From: Bugula neritina
Lineage: Eukaryota > Animalia > Bryozoa
Direction of reading: 5' to 3'
DNA length: 64,000 bases
NCBI GenBank assembly: GCA_964035545.1
Contig: OZ037771.1
Coordinates: 2,677,628 to 2,741,627, forward strand
This document shows, in pieces, positions 13,996-26,690 of the stretch. The notes under the pieces are model-generated. The model did no database searches. It was given only the letters and a program-made list of their open reading frames with translations, and was not told the origin of the DNA. Made by a program: the position numbers and the translations under genes. Every line of letters begins with the position of its first letter. The first letter of the stretch is position 1.

Positions 13996-14822
13996 TTATT
14001 TGTGATTTTTCGATCATAGGATATCAATTATAGTTATTGTTTTGGTCATTTGTGTTCCTTAGACACCATATACCTACATGTTAAAAAGCTCTATCAATTA
14101 AGCGATAACTAACCCTAACCTCAGAACTTACACTGATGTCTTGGACTGCGGGAGGTGGCATAACCTTATGCAAGCTGTATATTTTTGTAGTGTTGCATGT
14201 GAATATAGACTACTATTTTATTAAACTTATAAGTATCTGTATTCCATTTTTCTTGTTAAGCTAACACAAAGCATACGCAATGAAAGTAGTGCAGTGCTGA
14301 TGAAGTTCTAATTATTTGTAAATTATATGCTTATGGTTATTGTTATTGTTAACTGTGATATGAATTACTTTAAATAAAAATATAAAGTCGTTATAGATTA
14401 TGTGAGATTTATTGTAAAGTTGTTGTTTTGTTGTGAAATAAGGAGGCAATAAATTGTTTAATATTTTATTTTTTGACAAAACGTTGTTGATAATATTTCT
14501 CAAAACTCGCATCTCTTTATAATATTATGTTCATACCTGCAATGATTATATGTAATCATGTTCACATTTCACAGTGAGATTGAATAATTAAATTTAAGCA
14601 AAACCTATAGTATGCTGTATGCGTACAGTTGTTCAGTGGGCTATTTATTATACACAATTTATACGAGTCCTAAGAAAAACGGGAATAGCTCCGAGCTGTC
14701 GGCACTCGGGATTTGTCTACTCTCATCATACTGCTTTCATTTGATCAACAGCCTAGCTGAGTTCTAGATGTTTTGTATGGGGGTACTTGATGCTACCCTT
14801 GACCAAACCCAACAAATATTTA

Positions 14823-14842
14823 AACTACAACAAAGCGCCAAA
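14823..14842. promoter_or_regulatory. Candidate SMC4 promoter element: E2F-like site (GCGCCAAA = TTTGGCGC on minus) next to AACTACAA
   Basis: Exact E2F consensus at 14835-14842, about 1.1 kb upstream of the SMC4 ATG. SMC4 is a cell-cycle gene. Single short motif only. Confidence 0.3.
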
Positions 14843-15965
14843 ATAAAACTAAATTAAGTTGTAATTTATCAAACTTCAACTTAAATACTGATAGTGACAG
14901 AGCATAGTTAATGTTTATGGCTTATACCCACTGACCTAAAGCCGAAGAGATATTATTTAAATTTTAGTCTCACAGTAGGTAAACTTGTAAATTGGTATAT
15001 AGTGATATCACTGATAAGTGATAACTGATATGACTTCGCTACGGTAATCGGAATTCTATCTTTATCTTGAAGCTAACATTCATATTGATATTGAGTTTGA
15101 GTTATTCATAACTGATAATTCATATTCATTTTCACGTTGACTCTTTGTCTCACCTAAGTTCAACAGCTTAAATTAGAATATCATAATATATTTGTGGTTA
15201 TAGTAACTGTAAGTGTAACACTAACAGTAACAGGTACACTTACTGTAACTGTAAGTGTAACAGTAACTGTAAGACTAAATCTAACAGATTGTGATTGTTG
15301 TGTTGATGTTGAATTTTATATTCTATTAATTATTTAATAATATAATTAGTAATTACTTATACTTATGGTTATTACTTATTAGTTATATTTACTACTATTC
15401 GTATTGGTAATACTAATAATAATAATAATTTATAATACTCATTAGTCATTAGATTTACTCTTAGTCTTAAACATTAGTAATACTAATAGTATTACTATTA
15501 GTATTACTATTAGATTTTGTCTGTTAGACTTACTCTTAGTATTACTATAGGAATGGCTATGTATCTAATTTATTCTAAATCAATGTCACTACCATATGTC
15601 ACACTCACACTATGAGTATGACTATCCACTTCCAGTTTGAGTTTTTAGAGTTAACAATCACACTTTCAAAGTGATCATCACTGATTCTAATTTCAATAAT
15701 AACCTTAGTTTAGAGTTAGTGACACCATGTTTCAATTTTGATTAATAATAACACCATTATGATCATCATTATGCTTGCTTTACTACCCTCGTGACCATAA
15801 CTATGATATAAAAATGGGTACTGCAGTGATTATGATCATGGTGTTATTGAATGATTGTGGTGACTGTTGGATGTCATGGCCTTAGCACTTGCATTGTATT
15901 TCTATTTCATATTCAACAATTCTTGTAATCTTCTAACTTTATTTTCAAGGTAAGTTTTAGTCAGC

Positions 15966-18900
15966 ATGCCAGGTGTAGATGCTGAAACACCGATGGAAGT
16001 TGAGGAAGGGGCAGGCAACTCCGTTCCACTAGACTTGGATAATCTTATAGAAATTGAGGTTCCCGAACCACTTCCTGTAGCAGCCTGTGGAGACGGTGAA
16101 AATGGCCGACTTATGATTAGTCACGTGACTAACATCAACTTCAAGTCCTACGCCGGGACTACCGTTTTAGGACCATTTCAAAAGGTGTGGCCATTTTCAA
16201 TTATAGTTTAACCTAACCCATAGTTGCATATATACACTAATTTATGTATATACTGTCTTCATAGGCTGAGCCTATTTTTTGTTGACTGTATTTTCGAACA
16301 AGGGAACATTGAAATGTTTTATGCCATCAGTGCTCTGGTCACTAGTATAATTTAAATTATTTCAAGCTACTAAAAGTTTATTGTAGTCAAGTAAGATTTC
16401 TAAGTTAACATTTTACCAATTTTTTAATTAATTGTATGCCTGAATAATTACATTAAAAATACCATAAATTATATTCGTGCTGATTTGAAATTTGATTGAT
16501 TATTTTCAAGTATTGGCCTGTTTATGAAATCTTTTTGTGGAATAAATGACAATAAAAGTAAGATTTTCTTTTCAATTTTCATTGCAGAGTTTCACTTGCA
16601 TTGTTGGACCAAATGGCAGTGGAAAGTCAAATGTCATCGACGCCATGTTGTTTGTGTTTGGTTTTCGTGCCAACAAGATCAGATCCAAGAAGCTCAGTGT
16701 GTTAATCCATAACAGTGAAAGGCATCAGAATATCACTAGTTGTACTGTCAAAGTTCACTTTCAACGAATCATTGATACCGGTGTAAGTTTTACTTATTTG
16801 TGGTAGTAATATTAACTAATCTCAGTATTTAGTTAAATTTAAAAAAACAATTCAACAATTTCATCCTTAAGAAAACTGATTAATGATCATATTTTTCCAG
16901 TGTCAGTTTAAACTAACTAACTATTTTAACTAAATTCTATCAACATGTTTGAATCGTCATTTTTGAGTTTTACAATTTTTTTTGCGTTTTTCTCTACGTC
17001 CTAACATAATGTGGAATTCTGAACAGTCAATATTTTGCAAAATAGCTTTTGTTCTTATATTTTTAGTCTGAAGATGACGACTTCACTGTAATTGCGGACT
17101 CTCAGTTTACCGTCTCAAGGACTGCATATAAAGACAACAGCTCCATGTATCACATTAATGACAGGAAGTCTTCTGCTAAAGACGTCATAAAGTTACTACT
17201 TTCACACGGCATTGACCTTGACCATAACAGGTTCCTCATCCTTCAGGTAAGTCTGCTGTTCGGATGGGTGACGTTATGTCGTGAAATTTGTATGTGGATA
17301 TGACATCTCTGTTTGCTGCCAGACGCTGTCGAGTGTGTTGGTATCTCAACTCTATAAGGTGTATAATTTGACCTTGGCCTTGTAGGGAGAGGTCGAGCTG
17401 ATCTCTATGATGAAATCGAAGGCGCAGACTGAGCACGAAGAAGGTATGCTTGAATACCTGGAAGACATCATTGGGAGTAACAGGTTTAAAGGACCCATAG
17501 AGATTCTGCTGCAGCGTATTGATGCAATACAGGAGATTAGATCGGAGAAGGTAATGGGTGGGGCCTTTCCCCCTACTGGTTCTAAGTGGCAGTAGAGCTA
17601 AGGCTATGCTGTGCTGGGGAATGTAGGCTATGAGGTTTAGACTAGAGACCAGTAATTCACCTCATAACCTAGTTTTAGTTTTGGGTCATATCTGAGAATA
17701 TTTTCTATGGCTGGTGTTCATCTACTTGCGTGTACCTTTGTTTGGGGTGTAAATATTTCAGCTAAACAAAGTGAAAGTGGCGGAGAAAGATAAGAATGCA
17801 TTAGAGGGACCAAAGAATGAGGCAATAGCCTATCTCACTGTGGAAAATGAAATCACAGTGATTAGAAACTCCATCTACCAGAAATACAGGTGAGTGTAAC
17901 TTTGGGTTGTATCACATCTGATGACTAGACCTGAAATTGTAAAAGTCTGGAAAATTATTTTCTGAAATGTTTCAATACAAATGTTTTCAACTTGTGTCTC
18001 CAGATGTAATCACCACATGAGCAAAATCACTCAAACTTGGCATCTAATTGAATTGATGTTGAAAGACTGAGTTCTGAAAATTAGTGCGAGAACCTGTCTC
18101 ATGCTGTATAGTACTCGAGTTATTGTGCTAGACTTGATTAAGTTTTGGATATTTGAAAGTTTTTTTTGCAATTTTCACCCAGAATTCTCGCTCTAAATTT
18201 GTATGGTAATGTTCAGTCTTTTAACTGGGAATCAAAAAGTCACTTTGTGCTAGCATGTAACATGAATTTATAAATCAATAATATAAATTATAATTTTTAA
18301 AACCAACTTTCAAACTGATTATAGTGATTAGTTGACAATTTCCTGTCATTTCATTTCATTTAGGTATGAAGCCGAATGCAACCTCAGTGAGGCCAACGAG
18401 AAGCTAACGGCAGCGAAGGAGCTGACTTCAGGTTTGGACACGGAGATGGAAAGCTTAGATACGGAGAAGAAGGAGGAGCTGAAGCAAAACAAAGGAGTCA
18501 TCAGGTGGAAGGGGCTTGTCAGTTCAATAGAAAGGAGTTGTCCCGCTGAGCACACAGACATCTAGTTTATCTGAGAGAATATGCAGATATTGTTTTATAA
18601 CTTTAGTTACCTCTGTTTGGTAGGGAGTATGAGAAGATGAAGCAGATTTGTGAGGATAATCAGGCTAAGCACGGAGATCTAGAGTTGAAGTCTACTAAAG
18701 CAGCTGAAGATCTCAAGCACTTGGTCAACAAGGTAATTATTCTGTACCACCACCAGGTAACTATTCTGTACCACCACCAGATGGTAAAATGGTGAAATTT
18801 TAAACTTGAATGTTATAGATAAAAAAGCTGGAAAAAAGTGTGGAGTCAGAAAGAAAGAAAGTGGCAGAGCTACAGGAAGCTCCAGAGAAATGTGCCTCTG

Positions 18901-21900
18901 AAATCAAAGAGCTGGAGGAGAAGCAGGAAGACTTGCAGGAGAGGAAGCAGCAGGAGGAGAAGAGCATGCTGAAAATCATGGAGAATATTAAGTCAGAGAC
19001 AGAGGTAAGTTCCTTCTCCTGTCATTCTGTAAGTAAGTATATGTAAGTACGTGTCTGTAAGTATATGTAAGTATGTGTCTGTAAGTATATGTAAGTACGT
19101 GTCTGTAAGTATATGTAAGTACGTGTCTGTAAGTATATGTAAGTTCATATCTGTAAGTATATGTAAATACATGTCTGTAAGTATATGTAAGTACGTGTCT
19201 GTAAGTATATGTAAGTACGTGTCTGTAAGTATATGTAAGTACGTGTCTGTAAGTATATGTAAGTACATGTCTGTAAGTATATGTAAGTACATATCTGTAA
19301 GTATATGTAAGTACATGTCTGTAAGTATATGTAAGTACATATCTGTAAATATATGTAAGTAAGTGTCTGTAAGTATATGTCTGTAAGTACGTGTAGATAA
19401 CCTCGGAGTAAGTTATGCATGAATTGTGAGTCTTAGTATCAGTTCGCTTGCTCATCCTGTTGGTATTGTCTCCTCGTAGACCTTTGATCCAGGCTTTTCT
19501 GGTTGTTAAAAATTAGCAAGTCTCTGGTGTTTTATAAAGTTTTGCCAAGAATCATAGCAAAAATCATATATCAATCTTGTAGCTGTTTTAAGGTTGCATT
19601 CATATCAAAGTGTTTCCTGTTTTCTACTTTAGGATCTGCAGAAACGAAAGACAAAGCTGGAGGAACGGTTGCTGGGCTATCAGGGTGAGCTGAATGAGAG
19701 GAAGTCTAAAGCAGACGTTGCCAAGGCGGAGCTTGATTTGACTAACTCCTCCTACCAGAAAGAAAAGGATGCTTTTGACAAAATGATTGCTACATTCGAA
19801 CAAGCAGGGAAGGGAATTGAAAGCCACAAAGTGTGAGTTTTTTTTAATTTTATTGGACAGCTATAATATCAGGTTTACTATGCGTGAATAAGTAAGTGAG
19901 TGAGTGAGTGAGTGAGTGAGTGAGTGAGTGAGTGAGTGAGTGAGTGAGTGAGTGAGTGAGAGTGAGTGATAATCTTCCACTCATCTTTTGACTCTCTAAT
20001 CAGGTTGCTCAATGAGCTACAGACTAAGATCCCAGACACTGAGAAGTACATTGTGGAGACGGGTGAGCAGTTGGAGCATGTCACTGCAGCGGAGAAAGAG
20101 CTAGGTGGCAAGGTTAGCCATTTAATCAGTTCTTTTAGCTTCAAGCTGGGTATGCTGAGTTGTAGATGCTATAGGCTCCTTCTAGCACCATTCAGTATCT
20201 TTGAAGTAAAGCTTTGTTACCAGTCTGTAGGTTTTTAGAGATGGTAAAAGCGATTAAAACAGTTTGATATAACAATGGTACTCATAGCATAATGGTGAAT
20301 AGATTACAAGCAGGTGTGTTGTATGTGAGGTAACTGTATATACTATGTATACTATGTAAACTCTATACACGCAGCTACAAGCTCTCCACAACAAGATCAG
20401 AGACTGCTCCAGTCAGATGTCCAGCAGAAGAAGTCAGTCGGCCCAACTCCAAGCTCTGATGGACCAGAAGAACTCTGGTCGAATACCGGGTATCATCGGG
20501 CGTTTGGGAGATCTGGGTGAGTGACTGTTGCAGGTGCTATTGGTGACATGCTGATACAGGTGCTATTTATGACATGCTGATACAGGTGCTATTGATGACA
20601 TGCTGATACAGGTGCTATTGAAGACATGCTGTTACAGGTGCTATTGATGACATGCTGTTGCAGGTGCTATTGAAGACGTGCTGATACAAGTGCTATTGAT
20701 GACATGCTGTTGCAGGTGCTATTGATGACATGCTGTTGCAGGTGCTATTGATGACATGCTGTTACAGGTGCTATTGATGACATGCTGTTGCAGGTGCTAT
20801 TGAAGACGTGCTGATACAAGTGCTATTGATGACATGCTGTTGCAAGTGCTATTGATGACATGCTGTTGCAGGTGCTATTGATGACAAGTACGACATTGCC
20901 ATATCTACAGCCTGTGGCCCTCTGGACAACATAGTTGTAGACACGCTGAAAACCGGCCAGCAGTGTGTGGAGTATCTGAAGCGAGCCAATCTCGGTGTCT
21001 GCACATTTATTCTACTAGAGAAAATGGAACAGTGGGTGGAGAAGGCAGATCGTCCAATCAAAACGTATGACACATATTCTTCATGGTGTCCAGCTATTTG
21101 TACGGTTTAGTTTCTCATGCAGCCTACATTCAATGCTAGAATACCCTGTTCTGTATTTACAGGCCCAACAATGCTCCCAGGCTGTTTGATCTGGTGAGAT
21201 ATAAAGACGCAAGACTGAAGGGGGCCTTCTACTACGCCCTCAGGGACACTCTAGTCGCTGATGATCTCCAGCAAGCCTCTAAAATAGCCTTCGGTTAGTA
21301 ACTAGTTTCTCCCAACTAGGTCCTGAGGCTAATGCTCTGAACATGTTGCTACTCTGTCATCAGGAGTTCTTACAGGGAAGATTTTTAGTTGATAGAATTT
21401 CGTGGCTTAACAGAAAGCACACCTTTTTTACTTGAACATAAAGTGTGCTGTAAGTCTGCACTAGTGTGTTACTGTAAGTCTACACTAGTGTGTTACTGTA
21501 AGTCTGCACTAGTGTGTTACAGTCTGGTACAATGTGCACACGCTGTTTGTAGGAAGTGTCAGGTACCGGGTGGTCACTCTAGCAGGGCAGCTCATTGAGG
21601 TGTCTGGGGCCATGTCAGGTGGTGGGAGGCCGTCCAAAGGTCGGATGGGTTCCTCTGTATCTACAGGAGACGAAGTTTCCCCGGAAAAGCTCAAGGAGAT
21701 GGAAGCTAAGCTCGAAAAGGGGCGGGGCAAACAGCAAAGCCAAAGGTAAAGTTGACGTAGTTCTCACCTGTTTGTTGTTGGTTTACTTTGTGTATCATTT
21801 CACTGAGAGTTGATTAATATAGTGTAAGTTTTATACTTGTGGTGTAGCAACTGGGGAGTATATGTAAGTGGTGTGACAACTTGGGGGTACATGTAAGTGG

Positions 21901-24510
21901 TGTAGCAACTTGGGGGTACATGTAAGTGGTGTGACACATCACAATACTTCTCTGTGGTAAGATTGCCAGGTAGATTGCCTAAGCTTAGGAAACGTTGCAA
22001 GTGAAATATACCTGTATTCCGTGTACCTGAGTTGTTCTGCTCTACCGGGTTTATTCGTCTGCAGCACTAAAATCTCAGACTTGACTCTAAAGAAGGACAA
22101 GTTGACAGAAGAATTGCGAAAGATGAAAGCTACTTTTGAGACGACACAGATGGAACTGAAGGTTGTTATGTTATGAACTACTGCAATGTATAGTTTATAC
22201 TGTATTACACTAAGTTATGTTACCCAGTATTACAGTGTATGATATTGTGTGTTGTATATTACGTGTTATATAATATAAAGCTTGATGTACCAAAGTATAA
22301 CTTAATGTAATATACATGCTGTAATTATGATATATTAGTCAGGTATTATAGGCTATGTATGTTATATGATACAATTACATTGCTGTAAGGCTCAAGCTTA
22401 TGAAACACTTTCGGTTTTGGCTGCTGTTTGCTGTTGACAGTTGCTGCCAGTGTCTGCTGATTCAGGGGTTCACCCCCTTAGTGGCAACCTTTCACTGTCA
22501 TATTCTTCATAGAAGTAGAAATTTACTATCAAATCCTCTGCTCTATTTGTATTCTGTTATTTTCTTCACATGCTGCGTATATTTATAAATAATTACTAAT
22601 TTGTGTTTAGTAATATTTCCATACACCTAATGCAATAATTAGTGCGTAATTTTGCAGAAGTTGAGTGTATTTCCCGTGACGTTACTCTGTATTTCCTGTT
22701 TAGATGTTTACCGATCAACGAAGCACTTTGAAGTCGGAGATTAAAAATCAAGAAGCCATTGTGAAGAAATCCAAACCCGATTCTCGGGTGATCGAAAGAC
22801 TAGAAGACAAGTACACCAAGTTGCAAGATGGTAAGTAGAATGGTGCTGTAACTTACTTTAAATAGGTCGTACTTTGCTGTAGAGTGTAGATGTACTCTTT
22901 TAGCTGCAGATATGCTCTACTTACTAGATACAAATATGTGGTGCTGCAGATACGCTCTGCTGTAAGTGAATTCTGCACATGACCTCTACTGTTGCTATTC
23001 TATAGAGTACAATGTGCTGCACAGCAAGACCTCAGTGATAGAGCAGGAGTCACAGGCACTGCACAAACAGATTCTGGAGCTCAGTGAGAACAAGATGAAG
23101 GCGGCCCAAGACAGAGTCAACAAAGTCACCAAGGAACTCGAGGCTAACAAGGCCAAGGTCAACAAACTGAACGTGGCCATCAAGTCTAACAGCAGGTTAG
23201 TGGAACTGAAGCTACGTTTACTAACGACTCTGTTTATGAGCTGATGAAAGTTTTATTTGTTTTAAAAAACAGTCGCTTGTGTTTTACTGAAAGAGTTGTA
23301 TAGACATATTTGTTCTGTCTCAGGAATTTGAAGAGGGCGATGGATAAGGAGAGCTCTTTGTCGGATGAGCTGGCCGAGTGTAGAGCTCAACAGGAAGATA
23401 TCGAGACCAATCAGCTGTCCAGCTTGAAGGAGCAAATCGCGGGCATGCTTCAGACATACGATGAGAACTTGGCTAAACTCAAGGTCAATATACTGTATAT
23501 ATTATATGTTAGCATAGCATCAATATACTGTTTATATTATATGTTAGCATAGTATTAATATACTGTATATATTATATGTTAGCATAGTATCAATATACTG
23601 TATATATTATATGTTAGCATAGTATCAATATACTGTATATATTATATGTTAGCATAGTATCAATATACTGTATATATTATATGTTAGCATAGTATTAATA
23701 TACTGTTTATATTATATGTTAGCATAGTATTAATATACTGTTTATATTATATGTTAGCATAGCATCAATATACTGTGTATATTATATGTTAGCATAGTAT
23801 CAATATACTGTGTATATTATATGTTAGCATAGCATTAATATACTGTATATATTATATGTTAGCATAGCATCAATATACTGTGTATATTATATGTTAGCAT
23901 AGTATCAATATACTGTTTATACCGTTTCTATGGCAATTCAGGAGGTAGAAGACAGACTGAAAGAATGTACAAAGAAGATTGATGAGATTGAAGGGAAACA
24001 GAATCAACTTAAAGTATGTACTCGCTAGCTCTATGTACTCGCTAGCTCTGTGTACTCGCTAGCTCTGTGTACTCGCTAGCTCTGTGTACTCGCAGATGTT
24101 GTACATGCAATCATTTATATCAGTGATAGTTACCAACTATGTCTGAACAATTTCCTATAAAGGCTGACAACCCCCACACTATTTGCAGCTCTCTATGGGC
24201 GAGAAGCGACGGGAGTTAGAAAATTATCAGCGAGCCGTGAAAGAGTGCGAGACAAGGAGAAACGCAGCCCAGAAAGCACTTGATAAACTCGCTCTTCATA
24301 AGCTGCCTGACGATAAAGAGACTCCCACACTTTCTGTCTTGTCTGAGGAAGAGAGGTGTGTGTAGTAGTAGTAGCAGTAATGGTACTAGTAGTAGTAGTA
24401 GCAGCAGTAGTAGTAGTAGTAGCAGTACTAGTAGTAGTAGCAGTAGCAGTAGTAGTAGTGACAGTAGCAGTAGTAGTAGCAGCAGTAGCGGTAGTAGTAG
24501 TAGTAGTAGC

Positions 24511-24545
<35 letters not shown>

Positions 24546-26690
24546 CAGTAGTAGTAGTAGTAGCAGTAGTAGTAGTAGCAGTAGTAGCAGTAGTAGTAGT
24601 AGTAGTAGTAGCAGTAGTAGTAGTAGCAGTAGTAGCAGTAGTAATAGTAGTAGCAGTAGCAGTAGTAGCAGTAGCAGTAGCAGTAGTAGTAGCAGTAGTA
24701 GTAGCAGTAGCAGTAGCCGGAGCAGCAGCAGCAGTAGTAGTACTACTACTGCTGCTATTTAATGATTGAGTGTATGTTGAAGCTAAAAAAATGTTCTGTT
24801 TATCCACTGATCAGAAACAAGGTAGATGTGAAGAACTTTGAGTATCAAATCACCTTCTTGGAAGAAAAGCTCAGCAAAAAGAAACTAAACATGGCAGCTA
24901 TTTCTGAGTATAGGTGAGTGACTCACCTGCATCACCTCTCCATCCGACTCACCTCTAGTTACCTGTGACTCACCTCTAGTTGCCTGTGTACCTGCATTGT
25001 TCAGGTACTCGAGTAACTAGACAGTTACTCTGGAGGGGGTAACTCCAGAGTTACTAGGGGGAGTAACTAGAATATATTTAGAAAATGTCTAGAGACTAGT
25101 TTTCTTATTCTTAAGGGGTGTTACAATAGTCACCCATTTACTATATATGTTTGGGTTCAGATATATTTATCAGACACATATAGCGAATCTGCATGTATAC
25201 TATGCCAATAGGAAAAAGGAAGAGCAGTATATTGAGAGAGTGGCTGAATTGGATAAAGTCACTCAAATTAGAAATAAACAAAAAGACTTGTGTGAAGAAA
25301 TGAAAAAACAGCGTCTGCATGAGTTTATGGCGGTAAGAGTTGTATTCTCATAACCAAGTGTATCCCACAATGCACTAGTTATACTGTGTATCCCATAATT
25401 CACTAGTTATACTGTGTATCCCACAATGCCCTAGTTATACTATGTATCCCACAATGCCCTAGTTATACTGTGTATCCCATAATTCACTAGTTATACTATG
25501 TATCCCACAATGCCCTAGTTATACTGTGTATCCCACAATGCCCTAGTTATACTGTGTATCCCACAATGCCCTAGTTATACTGTGTATCCCACAATGCCCT
25601 AGTTATACTATGTATCCCACAATGCCCTAGTTATACTGTGTATCCCACAATGCCCTAGTTATACTGTGTATCCCATAATGCCCTAGTATACTATGTATCC
25701 CACAATGCTCTAGTTATACTGTGTGCCGTCTGCTGCTAGGGTTTCTCCCTCATCACCAGCAAGCTGAAGGAGATGTACCAGATGATAACTCTGGGCGGAG
25801 ACGCTGAGCTGGAGCTGGTGGATACGCTGGATCCCTTCAGTGAGGGTATCGTGTTCAGGTAATGTGCCACTCCCTACTAACTACTCACTCACTAATCACT
25901 CACCAGTCACTCTCTAGTCACTAGTCACTCACTCATTAGTCACCTATCAAATAATTTAATCCAACTTGCCAATATCAGTTATGTTGAGGAGAGTTATTAG
26001 CGTTACTTCAAACCCAGGAAGCCGATTGTGGTGATGGTTGAACTCTGACTCAGTAGCTATTCTGCTATCCTATGCACTGTAGGTCTAAATACTTTAATTG
26101 CCTTCACTGATCTACTTTAGTGTGCGACCTCCCAAGAAGTCGTGGAAGAACATCTCGAATCTCTCAGGAGGTGAAAAGACCCTCAGCTCCTTGGCTCTAG
26201 TGTTTGCACTTCACCACTACAGGCCCACGCCCCTCTACGTTATGGACGAAATTGACGCAGCCCTTGACTTCAAGAATGTTTCTATCGTAGCCAATTATAT
26301 AAAAGTTAGTATAATAGTAGCCAATAGAATTTGCTGTAGCTACATGGCCAGCACAGTGAATGCCACACTAACTATAATCAATTTATCCAACTATTGTGTG
26401 TGTTACCATTGATTTCATCTCTACCTGGTTATATTGTAAGAGAAGTCATACAGTGATTGCATTTAACCTGCACATGTCGTTCATTATTTGACTTTCACCT
26501 TAATTGTTGCGTATTTTCAATGTAGGAGCGAACAAAGAATGCACAGTTTGTCATTATATCTCTCCGAGACAACATGTTTGAACAAGCCAGCCGATTGGTC
26601 GGTATATACAAGACTCATGACTCTACGAAGACCACCGTGTTGGCCATAAAAGACAACAGCTTCATATCTCTACCCGCATCCAAGACCTAG
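15966..26690 (+). CDS. SMC4: Structural maintenance of chromosomes protein 4 (condensin subunit), about 25 coding exons
   Basis: NFKSYAG..LGPF; Walker A IVGPNGSGKSNVIDAMLFVFGFRANKIRSKKLS; IDLDHNRFLILQGEVE; hinge GRLGDLGAIDDKYDIAISTAC and YRVVTLAGQLIEVSGAMSGGG; YQMITLGGDAELELVD; signature LSGGEKTLSSLAL; Walker B VMDEIDAALD. First coding exon 15966-16183, last 26526-26690 (TAG). Confidence 0.97.
19029..19392. repeat. 24-bp minisatellite (gtaagtatatgtaagtacgtgtct) x about 14 in an SMC4 intron
   Basis: Direct tandem repeat; each unit contains two GTAAGT. Confidence 0.95.
19892..19968. repeat. (GAGT)n microsatellite in an SMC4 intron
   Basis: gtgagtgagtgagt run. Confidence 0.95.
20525..20886. 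repeat. 26-bp minisatellite x about 14 whose unit is the SMC4 acceptor/exon junction (catgctgttgcag|gtgctattgatga)
   Basis: The last unit runs into the coding sequence GAIDDKYD (exon starts 20872). Confidence 0.95.
21448..21520. repeat. 24-bp repeat x3 (ctgtaagtctgcactagtgtgtta) in an SMC4 intron
   Basis: Direct tandem repeat. Confidence 0.85.
21836..21937. repeat. About 29-bp repeat x3.5 (gtggtgtagcaacttgggggtacatgtaa) in an SMC4 intron
   Basis: Degenerate tandem repeat. Confidence 0.8.
23486..23921. repeat. 35-bp minisatellite x about 12.5 filling SMC4 intron 23484-23941
   Basis: caatatactgtatatattatatgttagcatagtat units start immediately after the GT donor. Confidence 0.95.
24016..24094. 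repeat. 17-bp repeat x about 4.5 (tgtactcgctagctctg) starting at the donor of SMC4 intron 24014
   Basis: Direct tandem repeat. Confidence 0.9.
24362..24755. repeat. (AGT/AGC)n trinucleotide microsatellite filling an SMC4 intron
   Basis: gtagtagtagcagtag run between exons ending 24355 and starting 24815. Confidence 0.95.
25358..25725. repeat. 28-bp minisatellite x about 13 (gtgtatcccacaatgccctagttatact) filling SMC4 intron 25333-25739
   Basis: Direct tandem repeat. Confidence 0.95.

Noticed and set aside
18988-19455. Several overlapping repetitive ORFs
   Set aside because: Translations of the 24-bp intronic minisatellite
24193-24807. Poly-Thr, poly-Ser and poly-Val ORFs (mucin-like)
   Set aside because: (AGT)n microsatellite inside an SMC4 intron; the exons at 24355 and 24815 join in phase without it
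20525-25725. Regular 26-35 bp repeats superficially like CRISPR arrays
   Set aside because: Head-to-tail with no unique spacers, inside eukaryotic introns, and no cas genes
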